Shown: positions 18,761-29,703 of the stretch, piece by piece
How the letters are laid out: every line of letters begins with the position of its first letter
How positions within the stretch are numbered: position 1 is the stretch's first letter
DNA from: an uncultured virus (IMG/VR IMGVR_UViG_3300030330_006072)
Taxonomy: Duplodnaviria; Heunggongvirae; Uroviricota; Caudoviricetes
Strand: one strand, 5' to 3'
IMG/VR virus record: IMGVR_UViG_3300030330_006072
DNA length: 64,000 nucleotides
The notes under the pieces: generated by a model
The model's database searches: none
Told to the model about the DNA's origin: nothing
The model's input: the letters and a program-made list of their open reading frames with translations, nothing else
Position numbers and translations under genes: made by a program

Positions 18761-20779
18761 ATGAAAAATACAGAATTTGTAATTATTAATGCTTTACAAG
18801 ATCGCTTTAAAGCGATCAATAAGGCTAAATCTAGGGGAAAGTCTGCGTTTTCTGAAATAGAGAAGTATCTCTTTTTAGAGTTGAGTAGGGATGAAGATAT
18901 ACGACAATCAGCTTTGGTTAACTCCAAAGATAATTTTATATTAGACGCTATGCCCAAAGCCGAGTCTGTTTTATTGGATGGGTATGAGAGTAAGGGATTC
19001 GACGAATCCTTAATCAATTACTATTTTACTAAGACTAGCCAAAATCGTTTTCCAACTGAAAAGATACTGTCTGATTTATATGATCGCTTTAAAGCGATCA
19101 AGAAGGCCCCAAAGAAATCCGTTGCAGTCTCTAGGATGACCAAAACGAAGCGGACTATTAAGCTGTATAAGCCCCCCGAGCCTACACTAAAGAACATTAT
19201 ATATACTAGGGTGGAAATTGAGCAAAGACGATTTCGAGATATGAAAGCCTATGAAACCGATTTAGACGATTGGTATCGCACCAATTGGTTTAAACAGACT
19301 GATGAATATATAAACGTTTTAAACCTTCTTCCATCGAAATATCGCCAGTCTTATAAGGAATATAACTTAGAAGAGTATGCAAGAAAGTTTATAAAATACC
19401 ATCCAAGGCAAGTTGGAAGTTTATTGCTCTTTGGGGGCTTTCCTTTCTTGTACTTGGTTATGCTTGCAAATATCGATAAAATCAACTTCTCCGACGATTT
19501 TTTACCCTCTAGTCCTAAAAAATGGCAAATTGATAATTCTCACGAATTATCAAGGAAGATAGTAAACATTTTACAAAAACAATACCCCAAAGATGAAGTT
19601 AAAGAAGTTGTGGGCGAATTTGTTCTTACTGCGGGATCGGATGCGGGTAATGCGGGAAAAGTCAAAGAAGGCTCTGTTCCTTGCTTCTACCATGTAAATC
19701 CAGAAACAGAAGAAATTACCTTTTTAGATATAGGGGTATTCCCAGATGGAGACGAATATGTCAAAGCCAATGCTAAGATGTGCACAAGAGCTTTAAAGGC
19801 TGCATATCTTATCTTCCCAACCATGAAGCTAGAGAAGGTTGATAGGAATGTTTGGGAACAATTGGAGGCATACTTGTCGTGGATTATTCGCTGCCCCCCA
19901 ATTAAAACATTTAAAAGACTTGTCGGTAGGGAATTTGTCGATACAAAGACTAAGGGATCTATCGGGGTTTGGGTGGCTTATGGCAACCAAATTATGAGTG
20001 CTACACTTGGATCACCAGCAGCATCCTATGAGGGTATATCTCAAAAGGTTGGTTTGGATTGGTTTGGATTGGTGTGTCCCCTTATGGGTATAGGCTGGAA
20101 TTGGGATTTTAAAAAAGGGATAGTACCTCAAATTAAAAAAGCTGAAAAATATCTTAATCTAATAATACTCTTACAACAATCATCCTATTTGCCTATTGTG
20201 ACCCAAAATCGCACAATAGGAGATTACTTCTCTAAAATAAATCAGATGCTTCTGTTTTTCAACAAAGCAAATGAAAAGAAGACATGGAAATCAAAGTGGA
20301 GTCCGCAAGACACAATTGATATTGTGGTACGGAAGTCTGTAGATCCCTCTGGAAGACTTAAAGCAGTTAAAAAGTGGGGCGGCAAGTATTACGCTATACA
20401 CAAGGGAATGATAAAGCCCGATGGAACGATAGAAGAGGAAAAGCTTTATAAAATTACACACCTTCCGACAGGGCTAGGCTTATACGAATTTGAGCTTTTA
20501 AAAGATGCAAGAGAAGTGGCTCAAACACTGGATGCAGAGGTTCCAGTTGACAGGATACGTCAAATCCTTATAGATCCCGAAGGAGTGGCTTTTTTAGGGC
20601 CTAAAGTGCCTCTAAAATTGGGCATGAGTGCAGAGACTGATAAGTCTCTGGAGTGGACAGGGGATCTACTACGACCAATTGCAAAAGTATGGGGGAGCTT
20701 CTATGGGTACGACGATGACGAGGATAAGAAGAGTTACAGACTCCGTAGAGATACCAAAGGAAGCGCAAGGAAGCCATGA
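18761..20779 (+). CDS. Hypothetical protein with N-terminal tag and a partial internal copy
   Basis: Starts MKNTEFVIINALQDRFKAINKAK; internal ILSDLYDRFKAIKKAPKKS. Confidence 0.8.
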   Translation: MKNTEFVIINALQDRFKAINKAKSRGKSAFSEIEKYLFLELSRDEDIRQSALVNSKDNFILDAMPKAESVLLDGYESKGFDESLINYYFTKTSQNRFPTEKILSDLYDRFKAIKKAPKKSVAVSRMTKTKRTIKLYKPPEPTLKNIIYTRVEIEQRRFRDMKAYETDLDDWYRTNWFKQTDEYINVLNLLPSKYRQSYKEYNLEEYARKFIKYHPRQVGSLLLFGGFPFLYLVMLANIDKINFSDDFLPSSPKKWQIDNSHELSRKIVNILQKQYPKDEVKEVVGEFVLTAGSDAGNAGKVKEGSVPCFYHVNPETEEITFLDIGVFPDGDEYVKANAKMCTRALKAAYLIFPTMKLEKVDRNVWEQLEAYLSWIIRCPPIKTFKRLVGREFVDTKTKGSIGVWVAYGNQIMSATLGSPAASYEGISQKVGLDWFGLVCPLMGIGWNWDFKKGIVPQIKKAEKYLNLIILLQQSSYLPIVTQNRTIGDYFSKINQMLLFFNKANEKKTWKSKWSPQDTIDIVVRKSVDPSGRLKAVKKWGGKYYAIHKGMIKPDGTIEEEKLYKITHLPTGLGLYEFELLKDAREVAQTLDAEVPVDRIRQILIDPEGVAFLGPKVPLKLGMSAETDKSLEWTGDLLRPIAKVWGSFYGYDDDEDKKSYRLRRDTKGSARKP

Positions 20780-22428
20780 ACAAAGAAGATAAAAAGATAA
20801 TTGAGGCTTTAAGGACTCGATTCAGTGATTTGAATGACATGATAATCACACAAAAAGATAAACAGGACTTGCCAGAATTCGCACAAGAGTTTTTGGAGAC
20901 AGGCGACTGTACGGACTCAATCTCTAAATTGCTCTCTGTACCTAAAGATGAACTTTTACGATACTACACACCGAAAACAGGCATGCAGCTTGCCGAGATA
21001 GACCCTTCACAACGTCCTATTCTCGTCGAGTACGTATTGAAAGAATATAAGTGGTACTCCGTAAATAAAACAGAAATACGGCCACGTCTTCGCTCTATTT
21101 TGTTCGATATGGCGGCATGTTTCGATCCAGAGACTAGGGATTCCATAGAAAAAGGAATCCGCAAAGCCGATAAAGACTTTAGGGATGGAAAATTAGCCTC
21201 ATTTAAAGGAATGAGTATTGCAAGTGCTGAACATCGGTTTAAATTCAAGACTGCCCTTATCCGCAATTTTACAAAGGAACTTATAAAAAGGAACAAAGCC
21301 CTAGGTTATGGGATTCCTAAAAGTGGGTGGAGACAAATATTTAGCCGATTCTCCGAAAACCAGAGTTATACACTATGGTACTGGATACCTTCCAAGGCCG
21401 AATTTTTTCCTTTGAGCAAAATGAAGGCTTACTATTGGGAAGAAGTAGAAAGTGAAGTCGGAGATAAGGGGCAAAGATTGAGGGGCATGTTTGATATAAG
21501 AGGAGGAGTTTTGTCTCCGAGGGGCATATACTTTAATACATCAGATCCATTGAGAGGTGCGCTACTTTTGCCTACAAAAATCAGTCCTACAGTCCGAGAA
21601 GAAATGAACCCGAATAACTGGATTTCTTCCCGATTAAAGTCGTATTTATTGGAAAGATACAATCTTGTGGGTAGTCCTCAAATCATCAATGGCCTTTTCT
21701 CTCCTAATATTAAAAAGAATACAGTCTATACAGTGTGGCAATACAGCTTTATATCGGACAAGTACTTGGATGTTACCAAAGAGTATGCTGCTCACGCATG
21801 GATGAAAAAGGGAAGTGCGATAGAACGCAATGACGTAAATGAAGAAATTTTTAAATTCAATCACAAAGTGAAAAGTATAGATGAAGGAGTGAAAAGATTC
21901 ATACTTCCAGAAGGTGAAGATCCCAAAGAAAAAAGAAAACCTAAAAAATTCTTTAAATACTCTGAAAAGCAATATCCTTTTAAGTGGATCAGCATCGAAA
22001 TCAGCTTTAAAATCATCGGTGAAGATCCCAAAGTACCTTTTTATCTACAAACAGTGACTTTGCCTAAAGGAAAAGACAATCCCTTTGTTGGAGTAATAGA
22101 TCCTCTGGAAAGAGGATTGATAATCTATAGGCCAACAGGAAGTATTGTGGGCCAAGTAGGGGCTATAAAAAAGCATCTAAAAGAACTCACAGTGTTATTA
22201 AATGATGCTAATCGCTATCACTTAAAAGGACTAGATAATTATGATACTCGATCATTACACCGAGGACTATCCTTTGACATAAGCGCACGAAATCGCTATC
22301 AAAGAGACTTAATATCTAAATGGCAGAAGGCATTACAAAGAGATTTTATGAGTCATAGGTTTGATTTTGGAAGATCCACATTTGCGGGTTTGACGCAAGA
22401 GCAAACAAGAAAGGGATGGAAGGGATAA
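20776..22428 (+). CDS. Hypothetical protein with N-terminal shared tag
   Basis: Starts MNKEDKKIIEALRTRFSDL. Confidence 0.8.
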   Translation: MNKEDKKIIEALRTRFSDLNDMIITQKDKQDLPEFAQEFLETGDCTDSISKLLSVPKDELLRYYTPKTGMQLAEIDPSQRPILVEYVLKEYKWYSVNKTEIRPRLRSILFDMAACFDPETRDSIEKGIRKADKDFRDGKLASFKGMSIASAEHRFKFKTALIRNFTKELIKRNKALGYGIPKSGWRQIFSRFSENQSYTLWYWIPSKAEFFPLSKMKAYYWEEVESEVGDKGQRLRGMFDIRGGVLSPRGIYFNTSDPLRGALLLPTKISPTVREEMNPNNWISSRLKSYLLERYNLVGSPQIINGLFSPNIKKNTVYTVWQYSFISDKYLDVTKEYAAHAWMKKGSAIERNDVNEEIFKFNHKVKSIDEGVKRFILPEGEDPKEKRKPKKFFKYSEKQYPFKWISIEISFKIIGEDPKVPFYLQTVTLPKGKDNPFVGVIDPLERGLIIYRPTGSIVGQVGAIKKHLKELTVLLNDANRYHLKGLDNYDTRSLHRGLSFDISARNRYQRDLISKWQKALQRDFMSHRFDFGRSTFAGLTQEQTRKGWKG

Positions 22429-22730
22429 TGCAGCTAACAGTCGGAAGATACAAAGTAGCTTATTGGGGCCTATCCAATACCAGAGAAGTATATTCTCAAA
22501 TGTTCAATGATGTGCGACTGGCTAAGGAGTTTGCCAAACAGAAGCGCAAAGAGGGCTTTATATATAGCATTATGGAATTGAAAACAAACAGGGATGGTTT
22601 CTACTCTTGGGAGATTATGAAAGGCGGTATGGGTTCATATATGCCGATTGTTGCAACCTTCCTCAAGTATCGGACTATTATATTTTTATCTACACTGGCT
22701 TATTCTCTCTATAAAGAATCAAAAAAATAA
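22428..22730 (+). CDS. Small protein with hydrophobic, basic-ended C-terminus
   Basis: TAATG coupling; ends IIFLSTLAYSLYKESKK. Confidence 0.65.
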   Translation: MQLTVGRYKVAYWGLSNTREVYSQMFNDVRLAKEFAKQKRKEGFIYSIMELKTNRDGFYSWEIMKGGMGSYMPIVATFLKYRTIIFLSTLAYSLYKESKK

Positions 22731-22784
22731 CATTGAAAAAGTTAGTATAAATTTGTATTATATAGACTCACAGGAAAAAATCAG

Positions 22785-25700
22785 ATGTTTGATGAATTAG
22801 AAAAAAACTTATTAAACGCTCTCTCCGAGCGTTTTAAGAGTATAAACAAAACTAAAAAAATAACTATCTCTAAGGCGGTATACAAACCTACGCAAAAGCT
22901 TCCTACGACGATTATTCAAAGAGGTAAGGCCAATGTAAGGGCCTTGGAGATCGTATCAAAACATGAAACCCTTACACCCTCTCAAATCAAAGAAGTGAAG
23001 CAATACACAGGGTTTGGCGGTATATCGGGAGCAAACTTTAATCGATTCGCAAATGAAATCGGACTCAAAGTAAATATGCCTTTGTACCAACCAAACGAGA
23101 ATCAAGCACGTTGGGAATACTACACTCCTTTATTGATCACCTATGGAACATACAACTTGTTGCGGCCTCTTCGAAAGTTTATGCACAAAGATGGATCTAA
23201 AATCAAGGCTATAGAGCCATCTGCGGGTATCGGTCGCTTCATTGATCCGTTCACCAAAGACAAGGACGTATCATGGTACGGAGTCGATAAAGACTTCCTT
23301 TCATACAACATACTCAAGCGTCTATATCCCGATGTTACAGCGATCAACTCTTCATTTGAGCAGTTTGTCACATCAGACATGGGAAAAGGCTTGTTGGGCA
23401 AATTTGGACTCTTAATCGCTAATCCTCCTTATGCTTTGAGAGGAGCACAAGAATTATTAGATGATCCCGAATACAAGGGCTACAGTCACTTAGCCACATA
23501 TCAAATGGTTAGAGGTATGACAATGCTTGCCCCAGAGTCTATCGGAGTGTTTTTGGTGACACAAGGGATACTAACAGGCAATCAATCAAAAAAAATACGT
23601 AGTACATTGCTTAAAGAGAATCATTTGCTTGGAGCATTGCGCCTTCCAAATCTAAACAAAGACGACAAGCCCGCTATTTTCCATAACACAATGATTATTG
23701 TCGATCTCATCTTCTTGCAGCGTCGCAAGGCTCCTTTAAAAACGATGCTTCCAGAAGACAAGTTTATATACAATGGCGGATACTTCAAGCAATTCCCTTC
23801 TCATGTTCTTGGGAAAGAGATACCAAGAAAGAAGGATGCAACTCGATTTGATGGCGGATATCAAGTCAAAATGGATACAGAGAAGTTTAAAGGACTTCCC
23901 GAATCGATGGACTTTAGACCAATAAAAGAAGTGGCTCCAAGTCAAACAGTACGACGAACAAAGAAGACAGAAGAATACCGAGTAAAGAAGAGACAAGCAG
24001 AAGCCAAAGGAACACAAGAGTATGAGAGTCCAGAGGCAAAGGCTGCAAGTCTTTGGTCGGATTATTTGACTCTCAAGATTGAAGATCCGACTTTGGCCCT
24101 TAATATGCAGCCTTTAGTCAAAAATACTCTCAAGCGATTGAAAGAAGATAACAAAAACTTATCCCAAGTTTTTAGCAAAGTCCGCAAAGAGTCTCCAGAC
24201 TTGGCCTCCAAGCTACAAACCGCATACACCGATAAAGGCGAGTTATCTTCATTGGTTACGATTCCTCCGACAATCCCCTTTAATGTTTCGAACATTAATC
24301 CTACCAGTATCGTTCAAATCACTGATGCTTTGTACAAGCACAATCTTAAATTAGGAAAAGAGGGTATAACAACGCATGAAATCGGGAAAGCTTATCGAGC
24401 AATAAACAATAAAATGATACCCGCAAATGAGAGTATTTTAGATACGCTTCTTGTATCGGGTTCGTGGTGTCTGGATGGGACAAAATGGCTTCCTAAAGAC
24501 GTTTATTTTACTGGCGACTTGTGGGGTCGATACGATCGCTTGGAGGCTCAAATTTCAGCAAAAGGGAGGCATTCAAGCGACAAACAGGCCCAAGGACTAC
24601 TCATTGCACAAAAGAATACTCTTATAGCCAAAATTGCTCCTATTGCCTTTCCCGACTTGGTGGAAGAGGAAAAGCTCGATGTAGATTTATCATGGATACC
24701 TATCGATTTGATCCGTTCATGGTTTGATACCTACTACAATCAAAGTGCCGAGGATTCCCGATTTGGATCTAGCGGAGTCATTCTTTCCAATGCAATTATC
24801 CCGAATCCCGAACTTACACGTAGCAAAGATGATGTTTTTGGAATAAGCATAACGGCCCACCAGTATTCAGTCGATGTAAAGCGTTTAATGTTCACATCGG
24901 TTCAAATCTTTAGAGAGAAAGCGGTAGAACTGGCCGAAAGGCTTATCAAAGTCTATGAAGACAGTAAGTCTTTCATCGATATACCTATATTTGATGATGT
25001 GGGGCTTAATGTGGCGACATTGGGCAAAGATTTTGCGTCTCTCGAAGAGAGAGTAAAAGGCAAAAACTTTGCGGAAGTAAGCCCCAAACTTCTTTGCGAT
25101 GTTCTTAGCATGGTTGGACAGAAAAAAGGCAAACAAATAATGCTTGAAACAAATTCGGTTTTGGTAAAAATTGGAGGCGCATTGAAAGCTCGATACAAGA
25201 GCAGACCGAATTCCGACCAATACATTCCGCAGATAAAGAACATTTATAAAGCGACAACTTCTCTTATTAATTTATGTGCTTCTTTTCGCTTCCATCCAAG
25301 CGTTAAAAACTACGAATTAAATGGAATCATCGATCTCTTGAGTTTTGGGGATATGCAAAGCTACATTGAAGACATCCCAATAGAGCCAAAAATGAAGTTT
25401 TTAGGGGAAAGAGTACACGTCGCTTTGGGGGATATAAACAAGAAAGGGATTATGTGGCAACCACAAAGAGAATTGTTAGGGTGGTTGATGAATGATCGAG
25501 CACTTTTTGCTCCTACTTATGCTGAAAAGGGGGGCGCAGCAAACAGCAAGTTTTACAAAGACGAAAAGATTGATGCAGCAAGAAATAGACTTGTCAAAGA
25601 ATACAAAGAGTCTTGGTACATGTTTTTGTCTGGAGCCAGTGAGTACCATGAAAGACTACAGAACACGTACAATCGGAAGTTTAGAGGGTACGTTACCCCT

Positions 25701-28700
25701 AAATATGGTGGTGGCCCGCTTAGTCTATATGGATGGAACAATAAGATTGAATTAAGGCCCTATCAAAACGTGGCTGTTCGCAAAATGGTAGCGGATCGAA
25801 CAGGAGTATTGGCTTTTGATGTTGGTTTGGGAAAAACCTTCTCTGGAATTGCCATTATAGCAAAAGCAAAACAAGAGGGTTGGAGTAAGAAACCTGTTGT
25901 TATTGTACCCAAAACTATTGCTACAAACTGGAAAAGAAGGATCTTAGAGTGTTTACCCAATTACAATGTTGGAGTTATCGGACTGGAGGACGAGGAAGGA
26001 ATACCCGCTAAGAAGAAGCCCGAACATAGGGGGCAAGTTTGGGTAGGACTACAACAAGGGATCTACGATGTTGTTATTGTGACGTATCCCGCATTGTCTA
26101 CGACAGCCATGTATCGGGAAACATACGAGAGATATGGCCAGAAGATTTTAGACATGACCAAGATACCCGAAAAACTGGCTAAGGCTCGAAGTGCTGGAAA
26201 AAGTACAAGCAAGCTTTTAAACCAAAAAGACAGTGCACAAGCAAGCGTTTTAGATGCGATTCTACCCAACAAACCAAGCTTTGACGTAGGTGTTCAGTGG
26301 GAGGATATAGGTGTAGACTTTATCATGGTTGATGAGGCTCAAAACTTTAAAAACCTGTTTTTTCCAAAAACAGAGTATACAGATGTTCCCAAATATCTAG
26401 GTATCGGAGAGCCAAGCAAGAGAGCATACAATCTTGATATACGATGTGAAGAAGTACGACGTATCGGTGGGTCGGTATTTCTTCTTTCCGCTACCCCCGC
26501 TAAAAACTCTCCAATAGAGTTTTACAACATGCTGAATTATTGCAATCCTAAAGCGTGGACTGATTTAGGAATAAAAAGCGCAAATGATTTTATGAATCGC
26601 TTTTTACGGACTGAATTAGATACTATCCTAGGGACTTCTCTCACCGTAAATTATGAACAGCCTGTTATATCATCATTTACAGCTTTGGATCAGTTTAGAA
26701 ATGCATTGGATCGATATGCTATTTTTGAAACAGTGGACACAATAAAAAGATTTTTTGCACAGTATCCCGATTTAGAGAGAAAACTAAAAATTCCTACACC
26801 AATTGTGACAAAAGAACTTGTAGACTTAGATGCTTTACAACGAGTCGAGTATAACCAAGTTGAGGATGCTAAAGATCCCACATTAGCCAAAACGACGATT
26901 TACTGGCCTCTCTTAGAGGCGAGGAATCCCGACGCAGAAGATGGCACAATTACTATGCACACAATGGAAGCTTTACTGCGATTAAGCTTGATAGCAATTC
27001 ATCCAGTTTTAAACTTTTATGAGGTAGTAGAGGAAAAAGACACTTCACAAATAGAAGGCAAAGTCAAAGCAGCCAAACCAACAGGGATTAAAGAGTTGAA
27101 AAGCCTTGTAAAAGACTTAAAGGATGGGAATATTACAAGAAAGATAGAAGGAAAAGAGTATACACTGACTCTTCTATCCCCTAAAATCTCTAAATGTGTC
27201 TCAAATGTTTTAAAAATCGCATGTGGACATATTATTTTTGCTGAAAATGTACTTGTACACTACTTGTTGGAACAAGCTTTGATTGATGCGGGAGTCAATG
27301 GTAAGCGTATTGCGATCATGAATGCATTAACCACCAAGTCGAGCGCACAGAGGCAAAAGATAGCCGATGGTTTCAATGGGAATGCAGAAGAAGGAATTAA
27401 TCCAAAGTTTGACGTTTTGATCGCTAATAATGTTGCCTATGAAGGAATTGATCTTCAAAAGCGAACATGTGTTATCCATCATATCGATCTACCTTGGGAA
27501 CCCGCCACATTGCAGCAACGAAACGGACGTGGAGTAAGACAAGGCAACTCTTTTGATGAAGTGACTGTCTATTACTACTTAGCAAAGAAAAGCTCCGACA
27601 TATACCGATTTGGGACTATCACAGGAAAAAGAAATTGGCTTGTAAGTGCGATAGAGTCACAAGATAGAGAGACAAATAATTTAGCGGGACAGCAGCAAAT
27701 TAGTTTCGAGGACTTTCTGATAGAAACCGCCAGAGATTCCGCAGAAATGCAAAAAAGAGTCGCAAATAAGAAAGAAGCGGCAGCAAGGAAGCAATTAAGG
27801 AAAAAAAGGATTGAGGCTGCACAAAGGGCCAAGTCTATTAGAGCATTGTATCGACAAGTCGAGGGAAGGGCTGCACAGGGCCTTCCAGTGGGCGATATAC
27901 AGCAAAGAGCAGACGCAAAGTTACAATCCCTAAAGAACGAGTATGCGATTCAGTCGTGGCCGTTTATCGAGGCAATTGACCTCATTAAGACGAATGAAGT
28001 ATACGTGCCTCCAAATCATCCAGTAGCGGGAATAATCTTTATTGAAGGGATGGTATATTCGCTCTCTTTACCGATAGAGGGAGAAACGGTCAAGTCGTAT
28101 TATCAAATATTACGTGTAGATCCCGATACAAAACAGGTTGTTATTCGTACCCTTAGATCCAGTAAAATACAAGGCGAGACATATTACAGCGATAAGATCG
28201 ATGCTGATCCCTTTATTGGGGATGGGTATTATCCGACAGGGCTTCCTCCTAAATACCAAATAAAGCAGCCTACGCTTTTACCAATGGCTTATAATGCCAT
28301 GAAAACGGAGACAATGAGACTCTATAATTCCCCTAGTGCTGAATCCAGTTTATATGTGCGCTTCTTGGGTGTAGATCCCAAAGCAAAGACTGAAGAGGAC
28401 GACCGATTGTTTAATGGTATCGTTTTAACCGAATTACTATATACAGAGCGAGCAATAAGCTTTAACCAAAAACAACAAATGGAAGCAAGGCTAAATCTTA
28501 TCAAGACTGATCTTCCTTTGCAATTTAAAACTACCTCTGTCTATGGCGCATCTATCAATAAGGTTTTTAACTATTGGCCAATTACTCACACACTCAAAAT
28601 GCAGATGTTTAAAGGCACAATACAGCAATGCTTTAGTAATTTTACAATCGAGGGCTTATGCGTCGAATACAACGTGACCGACAAAACTGTAAGTAGGATT

Positions 28701-29702
28701 ATGGATTTCAAAAATATAAGAGAATATAAACCTCGATATGAAGTTTTTTTGCAGTCTAAAATGCTTGCTCTTTCCATAATGTATAGATGTAGGGATAAGG
28801 ACGAGCGAGAAAGAGGCTATTGGACTCCTTTATATGACAAATTTAGAGGCTGCATTGTATTGGTACGAGAGTATCGATATGTATATCTTCCTAATGCATT
28901 GACAAGTGAGGTAGTCACTTTTCCTTATTATTTAGATGGAAAAACTACCATTGAAATCCCCAAAAATAAACAAGAAAAACCTTTCTTGCCAACCAAGAAA
29001 TTCTATGAACATCCATTGGGAAAGACAGAACGAAAGCGTAAAGAGAGTGGCGAACCAATATATTTGTATGATCATAGTAAAAAGCACGATCAACCACACG
29101 AAAGAGCAGCAGCGCATCTTAAGTATAAAAACAACAGGTTGGACTATAGAGATATATTGGGATTTGATTTTAGTGCTTTTCCTCTTAATGTATTGGGTTA
29201 TTCGAGGTTTTTGTCTTTAGTCAAAGACAAAAAGGTAGCGTATATTATAAAAGGAGGATCGAATTATTCGTATTTTAGCAATAATTTCGACTTTGCAATA
29301 GAGATCCTTAAGGCCAAGGAGAAAACGATAGCCAATGTTTGTTATGAATTGCCAGAGGATGAGAGAGAGTATTATAAAAGTAAGAGCTTGAACACGTATT
29401 ATGCACATTTGGATAACATTGGTGGAGCAATACCGATGGAATGGGACAGTGAGGCTCTAAAAATCCTAAAGAAAGCCTCAGTAGATTATTTTGGTCGCAA
29501 AATACCCGCATCCATGCTTAAAAGCGAGGAAGCATCTTCACCAACCGAGCCAAAGCGCAAATCCAAGAGGCACAAATCGAGGAAAAAAGAAGAAGAGGTT
29601 GAGCGTGTTCTAGGGATAAGCAACCCAAGAAAGAAAATATCCTCCAAACCAAAAGAATCTAATACTATATTATTAAAGAAGAAATTTAAATTAGGATTTT
29701 AA
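22785..29702 (+). CDS. DarB-like N6-adenine methyltransferase plus SNF2 helicase fusion (2305 aa) with N-terminal tag
   Basis: YTGFGG, IEPSAGIGRF and NPPY (MTase); FDVGLGKT, DEAQNFKN, SATP and QRNGRGVRQGN (SF2); starts FDELEKNLLNALSERFKSI. Confidence 0.88.
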   Translation: MFDELEKNLLNALSERFKSINKTKKITISKAVYKPTQKLPTTIIQRGKANVRALEIVSKHETLTPSQIKEVKQYTGFGGISGANFNRFANEIGLKVNMPLYQPNENQARWEYYTPLLITYGTYNLLRPLRKFMHKDGSKIKAIEPSAGIGRFIDPFTKDKDVSWYGVDKDFLSYNILKRLYPDVTAINSSFEQFVTSDMGKGLLGKFGLLIANPPYALRGAQELLDDPEYKGYSHLATYQMVRGMTMLAPESIGVFLVTQGILTGNQSKKIRSTLLKENHLLGALRLPNLNKDDKPAIFHNTMIIVDLIFLQRRKAPLKTMLPEDKFIYNGGYFKQFPSHVLGKEIPRKKDATRFDGGYQVKMDTEKFKGLPESMDFRPIKEVAPSQTVRRTKKTEEYRVKKRQAEAKGTQEYESPEAKAASLWSDYLTLKIEDPTLALNMQPLVKNTLKRLKEDNKNLSQVFSKVRKESPDLASKLQTAYTDKGELSSLVTIPPTIPFNVSNINPTSIVQITDALYKHNLKLGKEGITTHEIGKAYRAINNKMIPANESILDTLLVSGSWCLDGTKWLPKDVYFTGDLWGRYDRLEAQISAKGRHSSDKQAQGLLIAQKNTLIAKIAPIAFPDLVEEEKLDVDLSWIPIDLIRSWFDTYYNQSAEDSRFGSSGVILSNAIIPNPELTRSKDDVFGISITAHQYSVDVKRLMFTSVQIFREKAVELAERLIKVYEDSKSFIDIPIFDDVGLNVATLGKDFASLEERVKGKNFAEVSPKLLCDVLSMVGQKKGKQIMLETNSVLVKIGGALKARYKSRPNSDQYIPQIKNIYKATTSLINLCASFRFHPSVKNYELNGIIDLLSFGDMQSYIEDIPIEPKMKFLGERVHVALGDINKKGIMWQPQRELLGWLMNDRALFAPTYAEKGGAANSKFYKDEKIDAARNRLVKEYKESWYMFLSGASEYHERLQNTYNRKFRGYVTPKYGGGPLSLYGWNNKIELRPYQNVAVRKMVADRTGVLAFDVGLGKTFSGIAIIAKAKQEGWSKKPVVIVPKTIATNWKRRILECLPNYNVGVIGLEDEEGIPAKKKPEHRGQVWVGLQQGIYDVVIVTYPALSTTAMYRETYERYGQKILDMTKIPEKLAKARSAGKSTSKLLNQKDSAQASVLDAILPNKPSFDVGVQWEDIGVDFIMVDEAQNFKNLFFPKTEYTDVPKYLGIGEPSKRAYNLDIRCEEVRRIGGSVFLLSATPAKNSPIEFYNMLNYCNPKAWTDLGIKSANDFMNRFLRTELDTILGTSLTVNYEQPVISSFTALDQFRNALDRYAIFETVDTIKRFFAQYPDLERKLKIPTPIVTKELVDLDALQRVEYNQVEDAKDPTLAKTTIYWPLLEARNPDAEDGTITMHTMEALLRLSLIAIHPVLNFYEVVEEKDTSQIEGKVKAAKPTGIKELKSLVKDLKDGNITRKIEGKEYTLTLLSPKISKCVSNVLKIACGHIIFAENVLVHYLLEQALIDAGVNGKRIAIMNALTTKSSAQRQKIADGFNGNAEEGINPKFDVLIANNVAYEGIDLQKRTCVIHHIDLPWEPATLQQRNGRGVRQGNSFDEVTVYYYLAKKSSDIYRFGTITGKRNWLVSAIESQDRETNNLAGQQQISFEDFLIETARDSAEMQKRVANKKEAAARKQLRKKRIEAAQRAKSIRALYRQVEGRAAQGLPVGDIQQRADAKLQSLKNEYAIQSWPFIEAIDLIKTNEVYVPPNHPVAGIIFIEGMVYSLSLPIEGETVKSYYQILRVDPDTKQVVIRTLRSSKIQGETYYSDKIDADPFIGDGYYPTGLPPKYQIKQPTLLPMAYNAMKTETMRLYNSPSAESSLYVRFLGVDPKAKTEEDDRLFNGIVLTELLYTERAISFNQKQQMEARLNLIKTDLPLQFKTTSVYGASINKVFNYWPITHTLKMQMFKGTIQQCFSNFTIEGLCVEYNVTDKTVSRIMDFKNIREYKPRYEVFLQSKMLALSIMYRCRDKDERERGYWTPLYDKFRGCIVLVREYRYVYLPNALTSEVVTFPYYLDGKTTIEIPKNKQEKPFLPTKKFYEHPLGKTERKRKESGEPIYLYDHSKKHDQPHERAAAHLKYKNNRLDYRDILGFDFSAFPLNVLGYSRFLSLVKDKKVAYIIKGGSNYSYFSNNFDFAIEILKAKEKTIANVCYELPEDEREYYKSKSLNTYYAHLDNIGGAIPMEWDSEALKILKKASVDYFGRKIPASMLKSEEASSPTEPKRKSKRHKSRKKEEEVERVLGISNPRKKISSKPKESNTILLKKKFKLGF

Positions 29703-29703
29703 C

